NCBI GenBank assembly: GCA_902801205.1
Contig: CADCHE010000015.1
Span: forward strand, 6,110-70,109
Length of the DNA stretch: 64,000 bases
Direction: 5' to 3'
Source of the DNA: an uncultured Bacteroidia bacterium
GTDB taxonomy: Bacteria; Bacteroidota; Bacteroidia; Bacteroidales; UBA932
The first letter of the stretch is position 1, and every line of letters begins with the position of its first letter. The position numbers were made by a program, and so were the translations under genes. Positions 36,885 through 46,425 of the stretch are shown here, one piece after another. The notes beneath the pieces were generated by a model. That model was not told the DNA's origin. It worked only from the letters and a program-made list of their open reading frames with translations, and did no database searches.

Positions 36885-39080
36885 TTATTTCCCCATTTCG
36901 AAAGTCAATGTCCCGCCCTTGGCGATGTCCTCGTATGTGATGTAAGGGAGGTCGTAGGGTTCGCCGTTCAGGCGGATGCCGCGGATATAGCGGTTCTCCT
37001 CGGAGAGGCCTTCCGCCTTGATCGTGAACGTGCCGCCGGCGACCTGCAGGACCATTTCCGGGAAGCGGGGGACGCCGAACCAGAAGCGGGGCTTCGCCGG
37101 CTCCGTCTGGTAGAAACCGAAGCAGGAGAGGATGTACCAGGCGCTCATCTGCCCCACGTCTTCGTTTCCGGCCAGGCCGTCTTCGGCGTCGAAGTACATC
37201 TCGTCACAGACCTGACGCACCCGGTCCGCCGTCTTGTCCCGCTCACCGAGCATGCTGTACAGGTACAGGATATGGTGGCTAGGCTCGTTGCCGTGGACAT
37301 ACTGCCCGATCAACCCCGAAATATCCGCCGAAGCCTTTTCGCCTTCGACGCGGTCCGGCGCTTCGAACAGGCTGTCCAGTTTGGCCAGCGTCGCTTCCCG
37401 GGAACCGAACAGTCCGACAAGGCCGTCCAGGTCCTGCGGGACGAGCCACAGGTACTGCCATGCGGTGCCTTCGGTATAGTCGGAAGCGCGGTGGTTCGAG
37501 TAGAGGGGATTGAACGGCTCCGTGAAACGGCCGTCCGCCTTGCGTCCGCGCATGAACTGCGTCTCCGGATCCCAGAAGTGGCGGTAGGAGTGGCTCCGCT
37601 CCCGATAGACCGCGGCGGTTTCCTTGTCGCCGAGGAAGTCGGCGGCTTCGGCCAGCGCAGCATCTGCGATCGCATATTCCATGTCGTAGGAGAGGCCCTC
37701 GTTGAACAGGTCGGCCGGAATGTAGCCGTACTTCATCCGGAGGTCCTGGCCCCGGTCGGACCGGGTGGCCGTCTCGGTCATCGCGCGGAGCAGCTGTTCC
37801 TTGGAAAGTCCTCCGTCGAAGCCCTTGACAATGTTGTCCGCGAAGGCGATCAGGCCGGGGTTGCCCACCATGCAGTCGGTCTCGCAACTCATCAGGTGCC
37901 AGACGGGAAGGTCGCCCTGCTGCTCGTAGATGTGGTAGAAGGCGGCGGTGATGTCGTCACAGCGTTCCGGATGGATCAGCGTCATCAACGGCATCGCGGC
38001 CCGGTAGGTATCCCACAGGGAGAATGTCGTATAATTCTGGAAATCACCGTCGTATACCTTGTCGTCCGCGCCGCGGTACTTCCCGTCCACGTCGTTGTAC
38101 ACCGACGGGGCCACCATCGTGTGGTAGAGCGCGGTGTAAAAGATGGTCTTGTCTTTCTCGCTGCCGGTAACCTCCACTTTCGCAAGCGCCTCGTTCCAGG
38201 CGTCCCGGGCGGCCTTCCGTGTCGCCTTGAAGTCCCAGCCGGGCAGTTCGGCGGCCATGTCGGCCTTCGCCCCTTCGATGCTGACGGGGGAGAGGGCGAC
38301 TTTCACCAGCACCTGCTCGTCTTTCTTCGTCTTGCCCAGGCGATAGTGGCCGTAGAGCGGCTTGGTATTCTCTCCGTGCAGCTTGACGGGATTCTCGACG
38401 ATGTCGAACCCTTCGGCCGGGCGGGAGAATTCAGCCCAGAAAAAGACCTTCTGGTTGTTGGCCCAACCGATGGTGTTCCGCCAGCCGCCGATGGCGGTGA
38501 CCCGTCCGGCGGCATCTTTCTCTACCTCGAATCCGGCGTCACGCACCACATCGCTGAAGCCGTTCTCCAAGTCGAAGACCAGTTCCGCATCCTCCGAGGC
38601 GGGGAAGGTGAAGCGATGGAAGCCCACCCGGGCGGTGGAGGTCATTTCCGCCAGAATGCCATAGCGTTCAAGCGGGACGCTGTAATATCCGGGTTCGCAG
38701 ATCTCACGGGTCCGGTCTGCGTACGACCACATGCCGGAGGACGGGTCGCCTTCCGTGCCGCGTCCGGGATTGACCGGTCCGGTGACCGGCATCAGGACAA
38801 TGTCGAGGAGGTCGCCGCATCCCGTGCCGGACAGATGCAAGTGGCTGAATCCGATGACGGTACTGTCACTGGCGTGGTAGCCGGAGCACCAGTCCCAGGA
38901 AGCGGGGATGCTGGTCGGGCCGATCTGGACGAAGCCGAAGGGAACGTTGGCGCCGACGAAGACGTGGCCGTGTCCGCCGGATCCGATGCGGGGGTTGACG
39001 TATCCGGCGTAATCGGTCGAAGGGGCCGTACAGGCTGCCATGATCAGACCGGCGACGGCGAGAATGAAGAATCGTTTCAT
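36885..39080 (-). CDS. GH92 alpha-mannosidase, lipoprotein
   Basis: Lipobox MAAC; HLSGTGCGD, YTTFSLWDTYRA, YTEG, HGNEPSHH, GNEDVGQMSAWY. Confidence 0.95.
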   Translation of the reverse strand: MKRFFILAVAGLIMAACTAPSTDYAGYVNPRIGSGGHGHVFVGANVPFGFVQIGPTSIPASWDWCSGYHASDSTVIGFSHLHLSGTGCGDLLDIVLMPVTGPVNPGRGTEGDPSSGMWSYADRTREICEPGYYSVPLERYGILAEMTSTARVGFHRFTFPASEDAELVFDLENGFSDVVRDAGFEVEKDAAGRVTAIGGWRNTIGWANNQKVFFWAEFSRPAEGFDIVENPVKLHGENTKPLYGHYRLGKTKKDEQVLVKVALSPVSIEGAKADMAAELPGWDFKATRKAARDAWNEALAKVEVTGSEKDKTIFYTALYHTMVAPSVYNDVDGKYRGADDKVYDGDFQNYTTFSLWDTYRAAMPLMTLIHPERCDDITAAFYHIYEQQGDLPVWHLMSCETDCMVGNPGLIAFADNIVKGFDGGLSKEQLLRAMTETATRSDRGQDLRMKYGYIPADLFNEGLSYDMEYAIADAALAEAADFLGDKETAAVYRERSHSYRHFWDPETQFMRGRKADGRFTEPFNPLYSNHRASDYTEGTAWQYLWLVPQDLDGLVGLFGSREATLAKLDSLFEAPDRVEGEKASADISGLIGQYVHGNEPSHHILYLYSMLGERDKTADRVRQVCDEMYFDAEDGLAGNEDVGQMSAWYILSCFGFYQTEPAKPRFWFGVPRFPEMVLQVAGGTFTIKAEGLSEENRYIRGIRLNGEPYDLPYITYEDIAKGGTLTFEMGK

Positions 39081-39095
39081 ATCGCAGGTTGTAAT

Positions 39096-40415
39096 TTATT
39101 TGGAATCAAGTTTATATAGCATCAAAGGAGAAGGTGGCGGCAGTTCTCCCGCAGGCTTGCGGTCCCGGTTGGTCGGCAGCGTCTCCCAGTGGAGCAGGTA
39201 CCGGCCGCAGACGAGGACGTGCGGGATCAGGCCGGGGAACGTTCCCTTGACGGCGGTGTATTCCCCAGGCAGGCCGGGGGGCACCGGACGGGTTCCCGTC
39301 GCCTCCAGGGTCCTGGCGTCGAAGACGACCTCGCCGGCGCCCTCCTTGACGTGCCGGTAGCCGAAGGCCATCTTCCCGTCTCCGATGTACACGGGGTTCG
39401 AGATGCTGATTTCGTTCTTCATCGTCCCGTTCCCTTCGAACTGCCAGCGGTAATCCCATTGTGTCAGCTGCCGGATCATCCATTCCCCGTCCGTGAATCG
39501 GGCGGCGTACAGCTGGTTGTTTCCGGCGGAGTCGTACTTGTGGTAGCCGATGACGGGCGTCCCGTCCTCGTCGAAGCCCAGCTTGATGCCGGGATTGTAG
39601 AGGCCGCCCTTGGCGGGCGTGGGATCGACATGGAAGCCCGTCTTCCCGATGGTGATCGGCAGGGACGTCTCCTCGCCGCGGACCGTCTCCCAGTGGACGA
39701 GGTCGCGGCTGCGCGCGTACGACAAGGTATGGTTCGTGGAGCAGTCCGGCGTGTCGCGCCATACCCAGATCAGGTGGTAGCGGCCGTCCTTGGAGAGGAC
39801 CGGCCCCTGCATGTAGGCGTTCATCAAGCCTTCCCCGTCCATCAACGGCTTGTCCAGCAAGCGTTTCCATGTCTTCGTTCCGGTATCGTATACATTGTAT
39901 ATCTCCGAACCGTTGCCGCTTCCTCCGATCCGGTAGTGGAAGATCAGCCGTCCGTCCGGGCCTTTCATGAAGACCGGGTAGGTCACCCGGGTTTCGTCCT
40001 TGCCGGTCATCTCCGGAACCTGTTCCAGCGTGTGGATGTCGTAGGGCCGGGTGGAGCGGAAATACTTCAGGGGCTGGGCGTGCATGTTTCCGGACAGGTG
40101 CAGGAAGCCGTCGGCGTCGAACGCCATGTCCATGTAGTTGTGGCTGTCCCAGGTAATCTCCGTCGGCAGGATTTCATGGTCCCGCGCGCCCGTCCGGGTG
40201 TCGAACGTGGCGACGGTCAGCCGGTGCAGCGAATCGTAATAGGACAGGTAGAGGACGTCGTCCTGCTCCAGCATCTTGAAGCCGACATTGACGGCGGAGA
40301 GCACCCGGTCGATTTCGACGCCTTCCGGAGGAATCACGTTTTTGCCCGTGCAGCCCGTGCAGAGGACGGCGGAGGCGACGGATAGGATCATGAATAAGGA
40401 GCGCATGGCAATCAT
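39096..40415 (-). CDS. BNR_4-family beta-propeller lipoprotein (possible lyase/rhamnosidase)
   Basis: Lipobox CTGC; DSHNY, HLSGNMH, TYPVF, YRIGGSGNG, WVWR, YARSRDLVHW. Alternative start at 40406. Confidence 0.8.
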   Translation of the reverse strand: MIAMRSLFMILSVASAVLCTGCTGKNVIPPEGVEIDRVLSAVNVGFKMLEQDDVLYLSYYDSLHRLTVATFDTRTGARDHEILPTEITWDSHNYMDMAFDADGFLHLSGNMHAQPLKYFRSTRPYDIHTLEQVPEMTGKDETRVTYPVFMKGPDGRLIFHYRIGGSGNGSEIYNVYDTGTKTWKRLLDKPLMDGEGLMNAYMQGPVLSKDGRYHLIWVWRDTPDCSTNHTLSYARSRDLVHWETVRGEETSLPITIGKTGFHVDPTPAKGGLYNPGIKLGFDEDGTPVIGYHKYDSAGNNQLYAARFTDGEWMIRQLTQWDYRWQFEGNGTMKNEISISNPVYIGDGKMAFGYRHVKEGAGEVVFDARTLEATGTRPVPPGLPGEYTAVKGTFPGLIPHVLVCGRYLLHWETLPTNRDRKPAGELPPPSPLMLYKLDSK

Positions 40416-40428
40416 GTTCTGATGAAAA

Positions 40429-40436
40429 CAAAAATA
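40429..40436 (-). promoter_or_regulatory. -7 promoter element TATTTTTG for the BNR-GH92-ROK operon
   Basis: Minus-strand TAnnTTTG 13 nt before the ATG. Confidence 0.55.
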
Positions 40437-40467
40437 GCGGATTCTCAGGACAATTCCAATCTTTTGT

Positions 40468-40475
40468 TATCTTTG
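40468..40475 (+). promoter_or_regulatory. -7 promoter element TATCTTTG for GH78
   Basis: TAnnTTTG in the divergent spacer. Confidence 0.55.
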
Positions 40476-40511
40476 TAAGACCGCATGGAAACAATAAAAC
40501 AAGATAGCATC

Positions 40512-43244
40512 ATGAAACGTCTGATTCTTTCCCTTTCCGCCCTGCTCGTCTGCGTGGGGCTGTGGGCGGCTTCCGGCCTGAAGCCCGTATCGCTCCAATG
40601 CAACCGGATCGACAACCCCACCGGCGTGGAGAAGCCTTCCCTCGGCTGGAAACTGGCTGCTGCCGGCAAGGATGCCGCTTCAGCGGTGCAGACCGCCTAT
40701 GAAATCCAAATCGCTTCCGGGAGCGCGAAGATATTCGCGAAGGCGGATGTCTGGCGTTCCGGCAAGGTGATGTCGGACCGTCAGTTCGGCATTTCCCCCG
40801 AAGGCGCCGGTTTCGCCCCGGCCACGACGTACTGGTGGCGGGTCCGCGTCTGGGACGCTGCAGGAAAGGCTTCCGCCTGGTCGGAACCAGCCTGCTTCCA
40901 GACGGCGCTTTCCGATGCGGCCTGGACGGCTGAATGGATCACCTATGATACGGAAAAAGCGCAGCGCCTGCCGCTCCTCCGCAAAGAGATCCAGGTCGGG
41001 AAAGGGGTTGTCCGTGCGATGGCTTTCGTCTGCGGCCTCGGTGCCTCCGACCTCTTCATCAACGGTGAATATGCCGATCCGACCCGCGTCCTCGATCCGG
41101 CACAGACCAATTATGAGCAGTACGCGCTCTACAGCGCCATCGACGTGACGGACCGTCTTGTCCCCGGGAAGGCCAACTGCCTGGGCGTGATGCTGTACGA
41201 TGGCTGGTTCAACCAGAATTCCGTGTTCGCCGACTTCAGCTATGGCAAGCCGATGCTCCGCCTCCAGCTGCTGGTCGAGTATGCGAACGGCAAGTCGGAG
41301 ACCTTCATTACCGATGAAAGCTGGCAGTGGAAGGAAGGACCTGTCGTCAAGTCGAACATCTACAGCGGCGAAGTCTATGACGCCCGTCTCGAAGTCCCGG
41401 GCTGGGCGGAGGTCGGTGCCCCTTCCGAAGGCTGGCAGTCCTGCCGGAAAGCCACGCAGGGCGTTCCGCCGTCCCTCCGGGCGCAATTGCATCCTGCCAT
41501 CCGTCTGCAGGAGACCCTCGATGCCGTCCGTTTCTGGAAGACGGAAGCCGGCACCTGGGTCTATGACTTCGGTACCAACAACACGGCGGAAGTCCGCTTC
41601 CGCGTCTCCCTGCCTGAAGGAACGCGTCTGACCGTCCGGACGGGTGAAGAGATCCATGGCGAGGGCCAGGGCGTCGATTTCCGTTCCACGGGTATCGTCG
41701 TCGTCCCGGTCCAGACGGACGAGTACATCTGCGCCGGCAAGGGGCTCGAAGAATGGAACCCGCGCGGCACCTACCACGGTTTCCGCTACGCCGAGCTTTC
41801 CTGCCCGGAATCCGTCACGCCGTCAAAAGACTGGTTGCAGGCCATCCTGGTCCATACCGACTTGCGGGAGAAGGCTTCCTTCTCCTGTTCCGAACCGCAG
41901 CTGAACAAGCTTCACGAAATGGCGCTCCGCACCGTCCAGGGAAACATCGTCGGCGTTCCGACGGACTGCCCGACCCGCGAGAAGTGCGGCTGGCTCGGTG
42001 ACAGCCATGCCTACATCAAGATGGCGATGGTCGGCTACGACATGAACAATTTCCTCTACAAATACATGGACGACATCTGTTCCGGTGCCGCCCGTTTCGA
42101 GCCGAACACCTTGCACCACAAGTACAAGAACCGGTATTTCTATTTCACGGACAAGGCTTCGGGCATCCCGTACATGATCGCGCCCGGAAAGCGCCTCTGC
42201 GGCGTGGCATCCCCTGACTGGGGTACGGCCATTGTCCAGTTGCCCTGGCACATGTACCTGTATGACGGTGATGTGGACGCCCTTGTGAAGTATTATGCCT
42301 CGATGGCCCAATGGACGGATTACCTGACGGATACCTCCGTCGGACACATCGTCTATACCGGTCTGGGCGACTGGTGCCCCATGGGCAGCGGCGCCCCGTC
42401 CGTGGAGTTGACCTCTACTGCCTTCCATTACTATGACCTCTGCATCATGGAGCAGGTTGCCGGCATCCTGGACAAGAAAGAGGACCAGGCCCGTTTCGCC
42501 GCGGAACGCAAGGCGGTAAAGGAGGCCTTCATCCACAAGTTCTACAACCCGGTTCTCCATTCTTTCGGCTCGCAGACGGGCGATGCCATGGCCATGGATC
42601 TCGGCCTTTGCCCGGAAGGGGAGGAAAAGGAGGTGGCTTCGGCCGCTGCGATGCTTGTCGATCATTCCCGCCGTTTCTTCAACTGCGGTATCTTCGGCCT
42701 TTGCCGGATCGGCTCCGCCCTTTCGCGCAACGGGCAGGCACCGCTCGCTTACAAGACGTTCACCAAAAAGGGAAACAACAGTTTCGCGTACATGTGGGAG
42801 AAATACGATGCCACAACCCTGTGGGAATCGCTTCCAGTCAATGATGGGAATTATTCTGCCAGCGTGTCGCACTGCCATCCGATGCAGGCCGGCTTCGATA
42901 TCTATTTCTATGAAGATCTCGCCGGCATCCGTCCGGTGGCGGAAGCGCCCGGATACAAGCGTGTGCTGTTCGACACCTGCGCCTGGGACATCGACCTGGC
43001 TTCCACCGATGCCACCATCGATACCCCGTACGGGCCGGTGCGCAGTGCCTGGAACAAGGAGAACGGCAACATGGAGTGGGAGGTTTCCCTGCCTGTCGGA
43101 ACGACGGGCGTCATCGCCGTTCCCGAGGGAGTGAAGAAGCCCGCCGCGCTGGAAGACGGCTCCTTCCAGGAAGTCTGCCGTGCGGACGGGAAGGTATACT
43201 ATGCGCTACCTGCCGGCGTCCACACGTTTGTCTTCACGCTCTGA
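40512..43244 (+). CDS. GH78 alpha-L-rhamnosidase
   Basis: Signal peptide; TYWWRVRVWD, GLGAS, IYSGEVYDAR, YHGFRY, PTDCPTREKCGWLGD, GLGDW, TTLWE. Alternative start at 40485. Confidence 0.92.
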   Translation: MKRLILSLSALLVCVGLWAASGLKPVSLQCNRIDNPTGVEKPSLGWKLAAAGKDAASAVQTAYEIQIASGSAKIFAKADVWRSGKVMSDRQFGISPEGAGFAPATTYWWRVRVWDAAGKASAWSEPACFQTALSDAAWTAEWITYDTEKAQRLPLLRKEIQVGKGVVRAMAFVCGLGASDLFINGEYADPTRVLDPAQTNYEQYALYSAIDVTDRLVPGKANCLGVMLYDGWFNQNSVFADFSYGKPMLRLQLLVEYANGKSETFITDESWQWKEGPVVKSNIYSGEVYDARLEVPGWAEVGAPSEGWQSCRKATQGVPPSLRAQLHPAIRLQETLDAVRFWKTEAGTWVYDFGTNNTAEVRFRVSLPEGTRLTVRTGEEIHGEGQGVDFRSTGIVVVPVQTDEYICAGKGLEEWNPRGTYHGFRYAELSCPESVTPSKDWLQAILVHTDLREKASFSCSEPQLNKLHEMALRTVQGNIVGVPTDCPTREKCGWLGDSHAYIKMAMVGYDMNNFLYKYMDDICSGAARFEPNTLHHKYKNRYFYFTDKASGIPYMIAPGKRLCGVASPDWGTAIVQLPWHMYLYDGDVDALVKYYASMAQWTDYLTDTSVGHIVYTGLGDWCPMGSGAPSVELTSTAFHYYDLCIMEQVAGILDKKEDQARFAAERKAVKEAFIHKFYNPVLHSFGSQTGDAMAMDLGLCPEGEEKEVASAAAMLVDHSRRFFNCGIFGLCRIGSALSRNGQAPLAYKTFTKKGNNSFAYMWEKYDATTLWESLPVNDGNYSASVSHCHPMQAGFDIYFYEDLAGIRPVAEAPGYKRVLFDTCAWDIDLASTDATIDTPYGPVRSAWNKENGNMEWEVSLPVGTTGVIAVPEGVKKPAALEDGSFQEVCRADGKVYYALPAGVHTFVFTL

Positions 43245-44713
43245 TGACCATGACACGGAGAATGCATATCCAAGAGGAGGCGGCACGCTGCCTCCTCTGT
43301 GAAGATGCTCCCTGCACCGCTGCGTGCGGGAGCGGCGATCCGGCACGCGCCGTCCGCGCCGTCCGTTTCGGCAATGCCGCCCAGGCGGGCCGCTGGGTAG
43401 CCTCCTGTTCCGAGGCCGACCTGGAAGCAGCCGAGCAGGCGTGTATCCATTACGACCGGCCGGTACGCCTGCGGGAGCTGTTCGCACTGCTTCCCGAGGC
43501 TCCTGCTGCGGCCCCTGCTTTCCCGCTTGGCATCGATTTCTGCGGCATCCGCTGCGAGAATCCGTTCTTCCTGGCCTCTTCTGCGGTCTGCACCAACTAC
43601 GAGATGGTCGCATCGGCTTTCGAAGCCGGCTGGGCCGGCGTTTTCTACAAGACCCTCTGCATCCAGGATATCGATGAAGTGTCTCCGCGTTTCGATGCCG
43701 TCAAACGTCCCGACGGCTCTTTCGCCGGCTTCCGCAACATGGAACAGCTGTCCGAGAATCCGCTGGAGGAGGACCTGGACATCCTGCACCGCCTCAAGGT
43801 AAACTACCCGGGAAAGGTTGTCGTGGCCTCCATCATGGGCCGGACGGACGAACAGTGGATCCGTCTTGCCAAGAAGGTCGAAAAAGCCGGTGTCGACGCC
43901 ATCGAACTCAATTTTTCCTGTCCGCAGATGCGCCTGGCCGGGATGGGCAGTGACGTGGGCCAGAGTATGGAGCATGTCGCCTTCTACACCTCCTATGTCA
44001 AGCGGGCGGTCAAGATTCCCGTGATCGCGAAGATGACGCCGAACGTCGCGTCGATGACACCGGTCGCGATGGCTGCGCTGCTCGGCGGTGCGGACGGCAT
44101 TTCCGCCATCAATACCATCAAGTCCGTCACGATGGGCGGGGAGGTCGCCGGGAAACGGATCGTTTCCGGTTACTCCGGCGCTGCCGTCAAGCCCATCGCG
44201 CAGCGCTTCATCCTGGAAATCGCGAAGAATCCGCACGCACAGGCGGCGCAGCTTTCCGGTATCGGGGGAATCACGACCTGGCAGGATGCGCTGGAATTCA
44301 TTCAGCTCGGATGCCGTAACGTGCAGATATGTACCGCAGTGATGGAATACGGCTATCGGATTATCGACGACCTCGTCGCCGGTCTGCAGGCGTATCTCGT
44401 CCAGCGCGGCGTCGCTTCGCTGGAAGACATCGTAGGGGAGGCACTCGACCAGTTCGTCCGGGTTTCCGACCTGGACAGGCAGTCATTCGTTTTCCCGACT
44501 GTCGACCGCAGCCTGTGCATCGGTTGCGGCCGTTGCTATGTTTCCTGCCGGGACGGGGGGCACCAGGCGATCACCTTCGGCGCAGACCGCGTTCCGCGGG
44601 TCGTTGGTACGCGTTGCGTAGGGTGCCACCTCTGCCTTCTCGTCTGTCCTTCCGGTGCGATCGGGACCGCCCGCCGGATCCCCAAGCGGGCCGCTTCACC
44701 GCACAAAGTGTAA
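43244..44713 (+). CDS. preA: Dihydropyrimidine dehydrogenase PreA with a fused, truncated PreT-like N-terminal Fe-S module
   Basis: ENPFFLASS, AFEAGWAGV, VSPRF, GFRNMEQLS, catalytic NFSCPQ, KMTPN, GYSG.AVKP, two C-terminal 4Fe-4S motifs; N-terminal EAARCLLCEDAPC. Start at the TGATG overlap. Confidence 0.88.
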   Translation: MTMTRRMHIQEEAARCLLCEDAPCTAACGSGDPARAVRAVRFGNAAQAGRWVASCSEADLEAAEQACIHYDRPVRLRELFALLPEAPAAAPAFPLGIDFCGIRCENPFFLASSAVCTNYEMVASAFEAGWAGVFYKTLCIQDIDEVSPRFDAVKRPDGSFAGFRNMEQLSENPLEEDLDILHRLKVNYPGKVVVASIMGRTDEQWIRLAKKVEKAGVDAIELNFSCPQMRLAGMGSDVGQSMEHVAFYTSYVKRAVKIPVIAKMTPNVASMTPVAMAALLGGADGISAINTIKSVTMGGEVAGKRIVSGYSGAAVKPIAQRFILEIAKNPHAQAAQLSGIGGITTWQDALEFIQLGCRNVQICTAVMEYGYRIIDDLVAGLQAYLVQRGVASLEDIVGEALDQFVRVSDLDRQSFVFPTVDRSLCIGCGRCYVSCRDGGHQAITFGADRVPRVVGTRCVGCHLCLLVCPSGAIGTARRIPKRAASPHKV

Positions 44714-44839
44714 TTTTTTTCGATTTTGTTTGCGGCATATAAAAAAATCCGAAAGCTGAGCAGCTCGAAATGATCGAGGAGATCGGTCTGCAGAACTGGC
44801 TCGTAAAACAACTTTAGCCATGGCACGGACCTTGTCGCG

Positions 44840-45436
44840 CTAGGCCGTCTCCGTTCCGATGAAAGCGAGCAGTTCTTGGTAGAAGCGGTGGGTGGGGAAG
44901 CCGACGACGTTCCAGTAGGAGCCGTCGATGCCCCGGATGCCGACATAGCCGATCCACTCCTGGATGCCGTATGCGCCGGCCTTGTCCAGGGGAGCGCAGT
45001 GGTCGACGTACCACTCGATCATTTCGTCGGTCAGCGTCCCGAAGCGGACTTCCGTCGAGACGGAGAACGTGTGCATCCGGTGGGTGTCCCGCAGGGTGAC
45101 CGCCGTGATGACATGGTGCGACCGGCCCGAAAGCAGGTGCAGCATGCGGATCGCATCTTTCCGGTCGCGCGGTTTGCCCAGGACTCCTTCCCCGCACAGG
45201 ACGAGGGTATCGGCGGTGACGAGGATCTCGTCTTCCGCCAGCGGCCGGTGGAACCCGACCGATTTTCCCTCCGACATGCACGAAGGGATCCGTTCATGCG
45301 GCGTATCCGGCGGAATCGTCTCTATGAAAGAGGTTTCCGCATCGACGGTGAAGGGAAGCCGCAGGGCTTCCATCAGATCGCGGCGGCGGGGAGAATTGCT
45401 TCCTAGGACCAGCCGTTTTTTTGCGGGCAGTTCCAT
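44840..45436 (-). CDS. maf: Maf-family nucleoside triphosphate pyrophosphatase
   Basis: LGSNSPRRR, ADTLV, LGKP, DKAGAYGIQ, GSYWNVVGFP. Confidence 0.93.
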   Translation of the reverse strand: MELPAKKRLVLGSNSPRRRDLMEALRLPFTVDAETSFIETIPPDTPHERIPSCMSEGKSVGFHRPLAEDEILVTADTLVLCGEGVLGKPRDRKDAIRMLHLLSGRSHHVITAVTLRDTHRMHTFSVSTEVRFGTLTDEMIEWYVDHCAPLDKAGAYGIQEWIGYVGIRGIDGSYWNVVGFPTHRFYQELLAFIGTETA

Positions 45437-45438
45437 TT

Positions 45439-45966
45439 TCAGAACATTTTCTTATACAGGGCGACATCGAACTCCCAGTCGCCCCGTTCCTTCATCACTT
45501 TCTCCATGTATTCGCGTACGACGCCTTTTCCGCCGGGGCGGCTGGAGATGACGTCTGCGGCCTGCCTGGCTTCTTCGGCGGCATCCGAAGGGCAGACACC
45601 GATGCCTGCGGCGAGCAGGACGCCGATGTCGGGGACATCGTCGCCGAAGTACATCACCTCGTCGGGGGAGAGGCCGTGCCGCCGGCAGAAGTCGGCGAAG
45701 TCGGCCATCTTGTCGCGGGAGCCCAGGTAGATGTCTTCCGGTGCGATTCCGTTGGTCCGGAAGCGGTTGCGGATACTCTGCGAGCGGCCACCCGTAAGCA
45801 CCCCCACGGGATAGCCCTTCATGCAGGCCATCCGGACGGCGAAACCGTCCTTCGCGTCGAACGTTCGGTACAGGTTCCCTTCCAGGTCGGCGAGGATGCC
45901 CCCGTCCGTCATGACTCCGTCAATGTCGAAGGTGAATGCGCGGATGTGTTTGAAATCCAATGACAT
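45439..45966 (-). CDS. kdsC: KdsC/YrbI-family HAD phosphatase
   Basis: FDIDGVMTDG, FDAKDG, YFGDDVPD, GGKGVVRE. Confidence 0.9.
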   Translation of the reverse strand: MSLDFKHIRAFTFDIDGVMTDGGILADLEGNLYRTFDAKDGFAVRMACMKGYPVGVLTGGRSQSIRNRFRTNGIAPEDIYLGSRDKMADFADFCRRHGLSPDEVMYFGDDVPDIGVLLAAGIGVCPSDAAEEARQAADVISSRPGGKGVVREYMEKVMKERGDWEFDVALYKKMF

Positions 45967-45969
45967 GTC

Positions 45970-46305
45970 TCAGGATTTGGTACCGCCCTTGCCGCCGAAC
46001 TGCGGCAGGTCGCCGAGGTTGAACGTGCCGCCGTTTTCAGACGCCGGGTTGCCGCCCAGGTTGATGAGGCCGAACTGCGACTCGTATTTCGTGAGATTGT
46101 CCATGAGGGCTTGCAGCAGGCGCTTGGCGTGTTCGGGCGTCATGACGATGCGGCTGGAGATGTCCGGTTTGCGGAGTCCGGGCAGCATCGTGGCGAAATC
46201 TATGATGAACTCGCTGTGCGAGTGCGTGATGATCGCGAGGTTCGAATAGACGCCCCGGGCGATTTCCGGCTTCAGCTCGAGGCTGATTTCTTTCTTTTCT
46301 TCCAT
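45970..46305 (-). CDS. DUF3467-family protein (111 aa)
   Basis: GVYSNLAIITHSHSEFIIDF, RIVMTPEHAKRLL. True start at 46305; the longer track ORF is a shadow of valS. Confidence 0.88.
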   Translation of the reverse strand: MEEKKEISLELKPEIARGVYSNLAIITHSHSEFIIDFATMLPGLRKPDISSRIVMTPEHAKRLLQALMDNLTKYESQFGLINLGGNPASENGGTFNLGDLPQFGGKGGTKS

Positions 46306-46355
46306 AGTACTGTCGTTTTCTTGGCTTGGGTCGGCGATTATTCGCCCGGCCACGA

Positions 46356-46363
46356 CAAATTTA
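46356..46363 (-). promoter_or_regulatory. -7 promoter element TAAATTTG for DUF3467-kdsC-maf
   Basis: Minus-strand TAnnTTTG in the divergent spacer. Confidence 0.5.
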
Positions 46364-46376
46364 GTGAAAAATAATG

Positions 46377-46384
46377 TATCTTTG
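46377..46384 (+). promoter_or_regulatory. -7 promoter element TATCTTTG for valS
   Basis: TAnnTTTG 41 nt before the ATG. Confidence 0.55.
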
Positions 46385-46425
46385 TCAGAATAATGATTCT
46401 TGTGAAGTACGATTAAATACGATTT

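Noticed and set aside
33447-43244. A single PUL made of the second TonB receptor plus GH92/GH78
   Set aside because: The receptor is under a TPP riboswitch, has no SusD partner and converges on the ROK gene; adjacency looks incidental.
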